From contig LSRY02000043.1 of the NCBI GenBank assembly GCA_001643675.2, forward strand, positions 744,001 through 808,000: a stretch of DNA of 64,000 bases, written 5' to 3'. Of this stretch, positions 53,000 to 64,000 are shown one piece after another (within the stretch, counting starts at the first letter, position 1; every line of letters starts with the position of its first letter). A program made the position numbers and the translations under genes. The stretch is from Monocercomonoides exilis PA203 (Eukaryota > Protista > Preaxostyla). Below the pieces are notes generated by a model. It saw only the letters and a list, made by a program, of their open reading frames with translations. It did no database searches and was not told the origin of the DNA.

Positions 53000-55700
53000 T
53001 TGTTAAGAATCAAAGCTGCAAATAAGGAAATACTCATTTTATTATGTGTCAGTGTGGAATAGATGATGTTTCTTGAAGAGAAGCTGGCTTTAGGGATTTT
53101 TCTCAATTTTTTGTTATCAAATGTGATCTGATAATGAATTGTTTAATCTTCACATTTTTTTTCTCAAAAATTTTGTAAATCAACAAATCTATTTGAAAGC
53201 AGGCAAAACTCTCTAACTTCTTAAACAACATTGAAAGAAGGGGTCACTGAATCTTTCATCAATATCTTTATCCATAGTAATATTTCTTTTTTTTCTGTTG
53301 CAACAAATGTGTTCAATGATTTAATAACAGCATTAATAAAGTTATCACAAGCGAATCCACGCATGAGCAGATAAGATATTTTCCCTCGCTCAACAGAAAG
53401 AAATGTGAGTAGACTGCTTCATGAAACGAATTCAAAGAAAATTGAAAAAGCGATTTCAATAATTTCTAACAATCCACTAGGAGTGGTCATAAACAAAGCA
53501 GTTGCTGGAAGAGCAGTCAACACTGCAGTGGGCATTACAACAATGGATCAATTATCAAAACCTATCTTTTGGAAGTTGTTTATAAGCTGTTAATCAGGAT
53601 ACGATAATTACAATTTGGGAACAGAAATAATTATGGAATATAGCACTCACGGATGTTCTGATAAAACTTTGTGCAAAGATGGGTTCATTACACAATTTTT
53701 GTCATTGAATAGAATATCGACAAATGATTGGACGGAATTGTGTGGTTCGTATCTAATATATAATTATCCCAGAAAAGTTTTTAAAAGATGTCTTCATCAT
53801 TTATCAATTAAGTTGTCTGTCTCACTTATTCTAAAAATGTTAAACTTGAGCAAATGAAGGTATTGATAATTAAATTATGTCAACAAGCTCTTTTGTCAAT
53901 TTTCATTAATAGTTTGAAAAAAAGATTCCCATCATTCATTGCAGCGAGATGGATATGTTTGTTCAATATTTGTTTCTTCATTATGCAGAATCAATCAATA
54001 AAAAACAAAAACAGCATGCTTTCAGACAACGAAATATTTGAAAATGCACTTACTGAATTGTTGTTGTATCCACTTTATTCGATGCATCTGATTTTTGAAA
54101 AAGAATCGACAAAACTTGGAGATGCCTTTCCTGTTGTTATTCAAGTAATGAATCTGTTTTATTCTTTTTCAACAAATGCATATTTCGTTGATGGAGAATG
54201 GCATAACGCATTGACAGGTATTGTTATTCTGTTATGTAATTACACACTTTGTGATTTTTCTGGACAACTCATAGCAACATCATACGCACAAACACCGATT
54301 GGATCACATAAGCATAGAACTCATAAATTCACTTGCGACCCAAGAGAACGTTTGCATTCCAAAGAAAAACATATGTTTTTATTAATCAATTATAATTTAT
54401 CTTTTTTCTTGATTTTTTTTTTTATTAAGTTTCAGAAACTATTATTGATGAAGCCAAATAATCAAGCGAATCTCGATCACATTATAGCGGGAAAGATTCA
54501 TCTGAATCAATGTGTCAGAATCAAAACTTATCTATTCATTCTTCTTTTTCGTCGTCATTTTCGTCATCGTCATCGTCATCGTCTTCTTCATCTTCATCAT
54601 CATCATCTTCTTCCCCATCCTCCTCAAATATTTCCTCATTCCTTACGTTTTCCATTTTCCATGATTCAACACCATTTCTGTCAATACAAAATCCTAATAT
54701 CAAAACATTATCGGATCATCTTTTTCAAGACATTTCATTTCTTTCTACAGAAAAACTGCAAAAGGCTTTTGAAAACTCTGAAAAAGTGGATGAGGAATTA
54801 AGTGAGACTGGAACTGTTTCAGCTTTCACTGCTTCTGATGCAACAAACTGCGCGAAAATTAAAAAAATGTTGAGTTTTCAAATTCAAAGCTTCAAGAATT
54901 ATATTGTTTCATATCAACTCTTGATTCGAATTCTCAAGAGAAAACAGAAGAATTTGAAGAACATTACGAAATCGAGGATTTTGAAGAACAAGATTTGTTT
55001 GAGTTGATTTTAACGGAGGAGGAAGAAAAGGATGATGAATATCAACACTAATCCAATGAAACGAATTATATCAATTTCTTCTTGACTAGAAAAACAACTC
55101 AGCATGATGAAGTGTTAGAAAGTTTGTCAACAGACATTACTAAAAAATCACAAACTGAAAAAGAAATTTCAAGCAATGAAAAAGAACCAACGAATAATGA
55201 AGAAAACAACGAAAATGAAAACGAAAGCGATAGTGATGTGGATTTCATATGCAATTTTTCTCGTTTCAGAAGAATCGAAGAATGTAATGTTGATTTAGAA
55301 AATCAAACTTTGAAAAATATTTGGAAATATAAATTTTCGGATTGATTTGGCGGGATTGTTACATGCAACAGAGCTATGTTGGATCACATGTTGTATGAAA
55401 AATAACATATAAAGAAGAGTCAGTGTCTTAGATTACTCAAAGAATATTTTTTTTTAAAAATATAAGGATGATGTCGTTGAGGAAGATGGTTACATTTTCT
55501 ACCAGGATTTTTGTTTATATAGCGAAATGCAGAAAATATTTTATCTCATCGCTGACTGCATTATAACTTTTCATTACAGTGAATCATTTTGTGAGAGTGT
55601 ATTTTCAAAAGCCTGTGGAATAATTGGAGATCTTCGTCACAAATTGTCTGACAGAACACTGAATGCTCTTCTTTGTCTCTGATATCTGGAGGATGAAAAC
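53000..55700 (+). pseudogene. Decayed hAT-like transposase
   Basis: AARWICLF (TRW-like), LYPLY...STKLGDAFP, and C-terminal dimerisation-like SESFCESVFSKACGIIGDLRHKLSDRTLNALL at ~55578-55675. Confidence 0.65.
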
Positions 55701-56699
55701 ATTATATAAATGCGAACACATTCTAATCAATCATTTTCTGTTATTTATTTAACATTTCTTTTTTCTGTTTTCCCTAACCTAGTTTTTTCTTTTCCAAAAA
55801 GCAGAAAAACAGCATGAGAATTCTGCAATTTTCTGTTTTGAAAGAAAAAGGAAGTTCATACGCTGGATAATGAGTGAACAAAAGCTAAAAGAAAAAATGT
55901 AATATATGATTAGAGGAGAATGGAATCTGAGTGGAATGAAGATAAGAAAAAGAGTTTTATTTCTTGGAGCGGGTTTGGAATGGGAGAAAGAGGACTAGCG
56001 GATGGTGTGCTGCTTTCTGGAAGCAGTAGAGGAAGCAGAATTCCAGTTTGTGCGTAAAATAGATGTGAATCTTAAAGATGGAAGCACCAGCAACATATTG
56101 AAGAATGCAGAGAGTGTATTTTATGAGTCTGTGAAAGAGATAACATGGATGTCATATATGTTTGTCAGTGCCAATGCATAGAGCATCAAAAGGCTAAAAA
56201 GTAAAGAAGCTGTCATTGTTGCATTAGTGAGTTTTCTTGTGTATTTAATGGAATTGCTGAATGGTGATGCGCACATGTTTTAAGCAGAACGGTTGAAGAT
56301 TCTATGGAAAGGATGTTTAATGATGTTGCGTGTTTCTTATGAACAGGAAGTTGTGAGCTTGTCAGAAAAGTTAAGTTGGCTGACGATGAATGAATTGCGG
56401 ATGTATAAAGGTGGCGAGTGTGTGCGATGGATTTTGTTTATCAAAAAGAAAAAATATTTCTCACTTCCTTCTCTTTGAGAATGAGAAAAGACACATTAAT
56501 GTGCGTTTTATGAAATTTTTCACAATTTATTTTATCGTTATTCATCAAGTTGAACAATATTTTTTTGTTGTTTTTTTCATTGCAAAAGTGTACGAACCGA
56601 TAGTTGGATTGTTTTTTCTTGCACACTTTGAACTGACAAATTAAAATCTTTCGAACAATCCTTTTTCTTTGTACTAAGAAATGACATTTTCAACTCTTG

Positions 56700-59600
56700 A
56701 TTGTCAGGCTCCTTATCCTCTTTCCAGTTCTCTCTCTCGGATGAGAATACACAGGGAGTGTTTCTGTTTGATGAATCATATAAAATGATTCTCTGTTTCT
56801 GGGAAGCACAAGATGATGCTGCTGGTATTTCGTTTTCGAGTTGTAAATGGCTATATTCCAGTGACGTTGCATTTGTGTTGCATGCAATGGTTTTTGCACA
56901 ACACATTGTTTCGTTGAAACTATTGTTGAGTATTGAAATAATATCACTATTTGGAGAAAGCCTTGCGAATCATGCAACTTGAGCCACTGAAACTCCGGAA
57001 ATCGTTAAAAAAAAAAGAAGAATGTTTCAATGAATGTGGATCAAAGCATTTTGGAACTCCTACTTTATTTAGGAAATCTTTTGCAAGTTTTCTCAATGAC
57101 CTTGCTGATAAGGCGTTCATTTGGTCTTTTCAAATAAAAAATGGACTGGATAGGTTTGTGTCGAATTGAGTCCATCCAACAACTCTATGACTACAGATGA
57201 GGTACATATTATTGGGGAGTTAAGGAAGAAGGGAATGATGTTGTTTGTTTGTCCGAGAGTTGTTTTTACCAAGGAGTCCCATACAATTGGATCTTTTCTA
57301 ATTGAGGATTCGTAGAGATCAATTCTTTCAATCTCGGTAAACTTTCATGCAGAAAAAAGTGTAAACAAGCAGGTTGTTTTCTTTGTTTTGTTGTCGCAAT
57401 AGAAACTTTGTATTTTCCCCAAGTATTTTGATGAAGTTTGACATCATCTTTGGATTCCAGATCTGCGGCTTATCTTTCTTCTTTCTCCTTTCTGCTCTTT
57501 TGAACGAGCGAAACAACATTTTTATGAGCGGAAACTCACCCAAACATCTGTCAAATAATAGCTGAGTTAGCATAGAAACTGCAGATCTCATTTGGCACAG
57601 TGATGACACCTTCATTCCCCTATCGCGAAGAGTGATGAAAAAATCGGAGCATTTTCCAACCCAATCGCTCCACTCATCCGAAGGTGGGCCATATCCACGT
57701 TGAGCCCATTCCGATCCAAAACAAGACAGACCCCACACGTACCCATCCCACGTTGTTTGTGCAAAACTGGATTTACAAATTTCCATAACCTTGTTTGAGA
57801 AATCTTTCACATCGAGGATAGCCTTGAATTAAACTTCACCAGAGATTATTACGTCTTAAGGATAACAACTCTTATTTTCCCTGGTGGAAGGTTGGCTTCT
57901 GTTCGTTTCATCCATATCCCCGGCTTAAGCAGATCCTCCTGGTTCCTCCACGTCCATTCGAATGTCCTCATTCTGTTCAAGATTGGCTCCCAAATCTGTC
58001 CTTTCCAGTCTGGCATGAGGAGCAAAACACGCGTTTTCTCTTTTATTGCTTTCATGAGAACTGGGACAATCAGAGGGATTAATGTATGGGCTAGAACTGT
58101 TTCTCCTTCCCATGGATGTTGAAGCCAGTCTTCGTACACAGGGCTTCCTGGACCTCACTGGCGCTTCTCCTTTTGATTGTATCTTGTTGCGAATACATGA
58201 AGAGTGAATTTCAGATTTTCTATCTTCTTCAGCAATTGGAGTGCTTCCGGTTTGATTGTGTTATCTCCTCCCCTTTCCAGCCTTGATACAAAGTCTGCTC
58301 TGGTGTTCCTTATTCTTGGGATTAGTCGCGCTTTCAATTGAATTTGATTCTCGTTTGTTAACCTTCAAATCCTTTTTTACAAAGATCCCATTCCAATCCT
58401 GCATTCCATCAGTTGACGTTGAATATTGATGTTGAATTGCTTGATTTGATAATAAGTTTTCTAATGTCCCTTTTTTTAAAAATTGACAAAAAATTGCTTC
58501 ATATTTTCCACATTGCCAATAACTCTCGAAAATTTGAACTTTTCTTTTCTTTCTGTGGAGGGAGAGTGTGAAGATAGTCCTGTGTTGTGTTTCTATTTTT
58601 TTAAGGCAAGTCCACATAGCTCTTTTGGAAGCAACTGTTATATAAGTTTCATTGAACTGAAACACATTGCTAAGAAAATACGACAAATTCATAAAAAGTT
58701 TCAATCAACATTGTTGAAGACTAATCGTAGTTGGCCGAGTTATTTTCATCTGTAATGTTTATGCGTTGATTCGAATACTCTTGTTTTAACCTCTGCACAT
58801 CTGTGTGAGGAAAGTGGATGTTTCCTTGTTAGCGAATCTTATTGCATTGAGTTTTCCGATAAAGGTGGACAAATCTTTTACCCGCATATGACTAATGCGA
58901 ATTGCTCTTTTTTTCCATTTGCTGCGCTCCGAGATTAGTTCCTTCGCCTTTTCTTCTTGCAGTCGTACCGTGAAATTTCTTGCGTCCCACATAAAGCCGA
59001 AACACGAAAATGTCTGAGAGGTGCATAATTAATCTTTTTCTTTGTTTGAAAGAAGTCCAAACCTATTGAAAAGACTTTCAACTTCCTGTGCTGTGTGATG
59101 AAGCAAGTCTGGATCTTTGTGGAAAAGTTTCACATCGTCGAGGAGTGCGATGATTTTTATTTTGGGTTTTTGTCGAATAAATTTGATGACTATCCTCGTT
59201 ATTTTTGTTTATAGCATCAAAGCATCTTTGAAGCCAAAAGATATTCCGTTGAAACAATTGAAATTTCCGTACAAATTTGAATGAAAGATAGGGCGAAAGG
59301 GAGAGATCCACCTTTATTAAATTAAAAGCCTGATAAAGACCGATCGAAGCAGAAATGTATCACTTCTGCGATTATTTCCAACGTTCTTCAGTCTTCAAAT
59401 TTGTATTGGACAGATTTGATTGTTTTGCCAAGTTCCGTGCGGTCTATTATCTGTCTCCATCCTCCCATTTTCATTTTCACGACAAATGCTGGATTTTTAT
59501 TCTGGATTTCTTATTGTTGTGTAGGTTGGATAATTTTAATTTGCTATTGTTGTTGAATCGGCTCACTCATTTCCTCCACTATTCTTTGAATTGGAGAGAA

Positions 59601-60200
59601 TTGGCTTTGAACTTTTTTAAGTTGGACCGCTTCTTCCATGCTTTTTTTTTCTTGTATATTGAGAATGAACCTTTTTTCACAAGCTTTACGTTTCAGATTT
59701 TTGACTATTCTTTAAAATGACCTGCAGTTCCCAATCCAACAATGTCTGCATTCATTTTTTATTTTGTGTATATCCCCTGGATCGTTGACTTGAGAGGCAA
59801 CTGCTGTTGAAAACGATCGAGCTTCTCTTTCTGGTAAACGTCCGTTGATCTGAATAAAAAGGCTATATCTTTGAGCTTTTTGATGAAAACTGTTTCGTTT
59901 ATTTTTTTCGAACACTTGGATTGCTTGTGAGAATTTGAGAATTTCAAAAAGGAAGATATTATTCTTTCGTTTATTGTTTTTTTTATTCTTTAAGAAGCTC
60001 CGGATGACTAACTTAAAAAAGGAGCAATGTGAAAAATTCATCATTCTTATTTAACGTATACTCAAAGTCAATCTCTTCCTTCCTCCTCTTTTCTTTCATT
60101 TCTTCCAAACAATGAGATTTGCTCCTTTTTCCTTTTTTTGCGAAACTTTCTTCTCCTCAAAATAGCTTTACCTGCTTCGATAGAACGAACTTCTCCATCA
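56700..60200 (-). mobile_element. Decayed DIRS-like tyrosine-recombinase retrotransposon (RT, RNase H, methyltransferase-like, YR)
   Basis: RT-thumb-like RLQEEKAKEL/VKDLSTFIGKLN; RNase H TSTDG..WNG and IP...NTRADFVSR; MTase-like VFATRYN, PW..E...H...LI..VL.K...LLMPDWKGQIW; integrase N-terminal FFITL..G....L...RSAVS. Boundaries approximate. Confidence 0.75.
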
Positions 60201-61490
60201 ATTGATTAGAAATCCTCCATTTCTTTTTTTAAAAAAAATAGAACATTTTTTTGAGAACTGAAAATTAATAGTTTTTCCATTTTTTTTCAAAAAAATTTCA
60301 GATCGTATTCGTTCAATTTTTCAGAAATATTTATAAAAACGAGAAGATGTCTGTTAATTGTTTCAAACAACAACTGAAAAAATATTTCATTAAATAATGT
60401 GAAACTAGGTAATAATCACATTTCATTTTGCACGTTTTATTGTGTTTTCAACCGAGGTGGTTATAACAAAGCTTCACCGTATTATTAATAACACTCACAT
60501 TTTGATTTTTAATAATTGCAAATTGTAACTGATTTGTTGTTTGAATTCATTTTCTTCTTTCATCATATTTTTTGTTTTTTCTTCATTTTCAAAATGAACT
60601 CAAGAAACTCTTTTAAAAAATAATAATATTTCAAATATAATAATAAAACTCTTTTTCTTCCTTTTTCCGAAATAAAACAAATTTGACCAATTTCACAATT
60701 TTTATTTATTGTTCAACCTAACAAAAAATAACAATAAAAAAAATAAAATGTTAATGATATTTGAACAAATTATATCTAATATAATAAATCAAATCTAAAA
60801 TATATTAAAAAAATCTTCTTTTCAATTATAATCACCAAATCTTCAAAAAAATAAAAAAAATTATACCATAACTTTTCTCCATTTCACATATTTATAACAT
60901 AATAATCAATTTTGAAATGATTCTTATCAAAAAATACTTTTATATAATAATAATAAAAACATTTACTAAATATTAGTGCATGATATAAGAAATAATATTT
61001 ATCATTAACAAAATAGAAGTTATACAAACACAACATTACAAATTCTAGATATATATAATGTTTTATCATTTCTTTTGAAATTGCGATTTTTATAAATTAT
61101 GTTAATACTATTAAAATTGTTTTAATTGAAAATTAACATAAAAATAGTCGAAATATGATGCCTGTTGAAATTAATAAATCTTATCTTTACAAAATTAATT
61201 ACATTGAAAATAATATTGATATTAGAACAAAGACAGTTATTTTAAATAATTTAAAGAACAATTGCAAAATTTTTTTATTTTTTATTAAACTTTATTTTTT
61301 TGAAGAAATACAAAAATATTTTTAATTATTTGAAAGAAAAGTGTGAATTGATTTTTTTTTGTGATTGTTAGAAAGATGGATATATTTAAAAAAGGAAATG
61401 TTTTATGAAATGAATATTCGGAGAAATAATGTGTTTTTTCAGTCAAGTTTATGAACTTTGCTGAAACGATTTGAATATGTAATTGAACTA

Positions 61491-62938
61491 GGCATAATGA
61501 TACAATATGGAATGAAAGGAAAATGAAAATAAACCACACACGATGAAAACACATTATTTATAATTTGCATTTGTGCAAGAAATTCTGTGAGGAAACCTCT
61601 CATTGAAAAAATAAAATATTTAGAAAAATCTATTGATTTCACATATTTATGGGTTTTGATCAAAAAATATTTTAATGCAAATAATAGCGGAAAATGAGGA
61701 TCTTGGTATTTCAAAGTAAAATAAGCTCTTTTACAACGAGGATATGACGTGGAGCTGATTTTTGGAGAAAGTGTTACACAACAAAGTTCCGAAATGCAGA
61801 TATCACAGAACACAAAAAAGATGTCACACTGTTTTCCCCTATTACAGATACTGGAAATGTCCCAAATGCATTGAAAGAAAATAAGTTTATCATGGAACTT
61901 TATTTGCGAACATGAAAATTTACTTGGGCTCAACTTTGTTGATTTGTTTGTATTATTGGGTGAAAATACCAATTAAAACAATTTCTTCTTTGCTCAAAAT
62001 TTCTCAAAAGACTGTGGGTTTTTGGTGCAGTGTTGAAAGAGTCTGTTGTGCAAAAGAATGGAATGACAAACAGCAAACAATTGGAGGTCTAGGAAAAACT
62101 GTTGAAATCGATGAAGCTGTCTGGCGGAAGAGAAAATTTGGAAGAGGACGGAGAAAAGACCACGTTTGGATATTTGGAGGAGTGGAGCGTCTCGAAGGAG
62201 GAGGAGCTGGCAAAAGATTTATGACAATTGTACCTAATAGAACCAAGAAAACATTAATTCCGTTGATTCAGCGTTTCATTATGCCCGGAACGACCGTTGT
62301 CTCAGACGAATGGAAGGCGTATACTTCGTTGGAGGAGCTGGGTTATCAACATTTAACGGTCTGTCACAAAAGAAACTTTGTTAATTCTGAAACTGGAGCA
62401 TGTACGAACACAATAGAAGGATTGTGGTCCCATTTGAGGTCATCTTTTCCGCGATTTGGTACCAGAAAGAAGTATATTTTGGATCATGTTGCAATGTTTC
62501 TAGCCAAAACCTCTCTCAAATTATCTTTTGAAGACCTTATGAATAAAATTGCAGAATACAAAGAAGAAGAAGAAAAAGAAGAAGAAAATGAAATGAAAGA
62601 AGATGAAGAAGAAGAAGTTGATGAAGAAGTGCCATTTTTTGAAGATATTATTCCCAACGAAGATGAATTGCTTGAAGATGATGATTAAGGAGCTGGAGAC
62701 GGTGAAAGCGCTTTAGAATATACATCATAGAAGACGATTTTTCACATTTGCATTTCAAAATTTTCTTGATCATGAAAAAAAATAATAAAAAATTTGAAAT
62801 TTTTAATTTTTTTTTATTTTTTCTCAAAACGCATTTCCGCACGTTTTTAACATGTCATATGTTCATTAAACAACATATGCAACGTTATCATTGATATATT
62901 TATTGAGTTTGAAAAATGCTATATTGTACTATTATGCC
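61491..62938 (+). mobile_element. Merlin/IS1595-like transposon
   Basis: TIRs GGCATAATGATACAATAT / GGCATAATAGTACAATAT; 8-bp TSD TTGAACTA / TTGACCTA (1 mismatch). Confidence 0.9.
61912..62688 (+). CDS. Merlin/IS1595 (ISXO2-like) DDE transposase core; N-terminus frameshifted
   Basis: VEIDE, WIFGG, VSDEWKAY, VCHKRNFV, TNTIEGLWS with intact D-D-E; acidic tail. Confidence 0.88.
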   Translation: MKIYLGSTLLICLYYWVKIPIKTISSLLKISQKTVGFWCSVERVCCAKEWNDKQQTIGGLGKTVEIDEAVWRKRKFGRGRRKDHVWIFGGVERLEGGGAGKRFMTIVPNRTKKTLIPLIQRFIMPGTTVVSDEWKAYTSLEELGYQHLTVCHKRNFVNSETGACTNTIEGLWSHLRSSFPRFGTRKKYILDHVAMFLAKTSLKLSFEDLMNKIAEYKEEEEKEEENEMKEDEEEEVDEEVPFFEDIIPNEDELLEDDD

Positions 62939-64000
62939 TTGACCTATTTTCTTTCGTAAGAAGTTTTCAGGAAATAATATAAATTAAAATAATTTTCAGT
63001 TTTTTTAATTAATCAATCAAAATTCAAAAACAATATAAACATTACCATTTTATTTGGTGTTTTTTAATTTTTTTATAATTTTTGATAATTAATGATTGTT
63101 ATGATCATAAAGGTGGTATTAATAAAAACATGTGGATGGAGGAAGGATTTGAGAGATAAAGCATTTTTGGAACAAAAACCGAAGAATTGAATTTGGTTTG
63201 TTTCTGACTCAGGTTATTAATTAAGATGCTTGTGGAATAGCTAGTTGTTGATGCATTTGGTGAATGGAAGTTTAAGTTGGAGCACAGCAACTGGAAGGGG
63301 AAGTGCGAAACAGAGTCATACGGTAAGGTGGAGTTACATCTCGTGAAGTGCACAGGAGTGACACTGAGGATGAGGAACAAGAGCTTTGTGTGGGAATACG
63401 TTGAAAGTGTGAATTAGTCAGTTGTGTTGGATGCAGCGGAGATGGTGTATGAGCTTGTGGGAGTGAACGAAAAAAAATTTGGAAAACCGGAGATATGGAA
63501 AGGAGGAAGGATGGCTGTGGATTTTGAAGTTGAGGAATTATTTAGGAAGAACAATGGAGCAAGTTGAGTTGAAGAGGTTGTGTGTTTGTGTGGTGTGTGT
63601 GCATTGGAGAACGATTAATAGTGAGGTTTTTTTTGATAAAAAATTCAGCTCATTGAGTGCAGATATAGAGATGGATGCGATTCGGTCCTGTTTGAATGAG
63701 GTGAATTTATAGAAGAATATGAATGTTCGGGCAAGGAATATGCAGGAGGTGATAAATTGGGAGCGGAAATTCGTTTTGTGAGAGTTGCGGATGAATGAAT
63801 ATGAGGAGTTCTGAGGGAAAGAAGCTGGAGAACTGGGTAAACTCGTTGAACATACGGATGCAGAAGCTGGTATATGAATAATGAAGGGAAGAGGAGAGCA
63901 AGCGAGAAAAAGAGAAGAAGAATAAGGAAGAGGGGTAGAGGATGAAGGAAGAGGAAGCATCTTTTGCGAAAAAGAAAGGAGATGAAAATTTTCTTTTCAC

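Noticed and set aside
63100-64000. Coding gene at the window end
   Set aside because: Purine-rich and codon-like but broken in all frames, with no recognisable motif.

Overview
AT-rich, intron-containing eukaryotic DNA. The poly-Ser/EKEK low-complexity proteins and expanded gene families suggest an oxymonad such as Monocercomonoides (inference only). The one clearly intact host gene is a RasGEF-like CDS (1-3732, 5'-open). The rest is a nest of transposons. A pogo-like DD35D element (6252-21912) is split by a 13.3-kb GGG...CCC element with an ATAT target duplication (element A). A second GGG...CCC/ATAT element of 10.4 kb (element C, 39790-50183) and a 253-bp MITE of the same type split a USP-like gene. 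A probable 28.7-kb outer element (element B, 22750-51497) contains both. Each large element encodes an intron-containing DDD transposase most like the Sola2 group and carries kilobases of decayed host-like gene fragments. Two of the three transposases have a ubiquitin-specific protease (C19/USP) domain inserted in them. Both of those are followed by a conserved ~130-150-nt non-coding segment with compensatory base changes and a predicted pseudoknot, which is the best candidate for an undescribed system. Also present are three Merlin/IS1595-like transposase copies plus a Merlin-type MITE, a palindromic TA-MITE, a hAT remnant and a decayed DIRS-like retroelement. All assignments come from reading motifs by eye; no searches were run.
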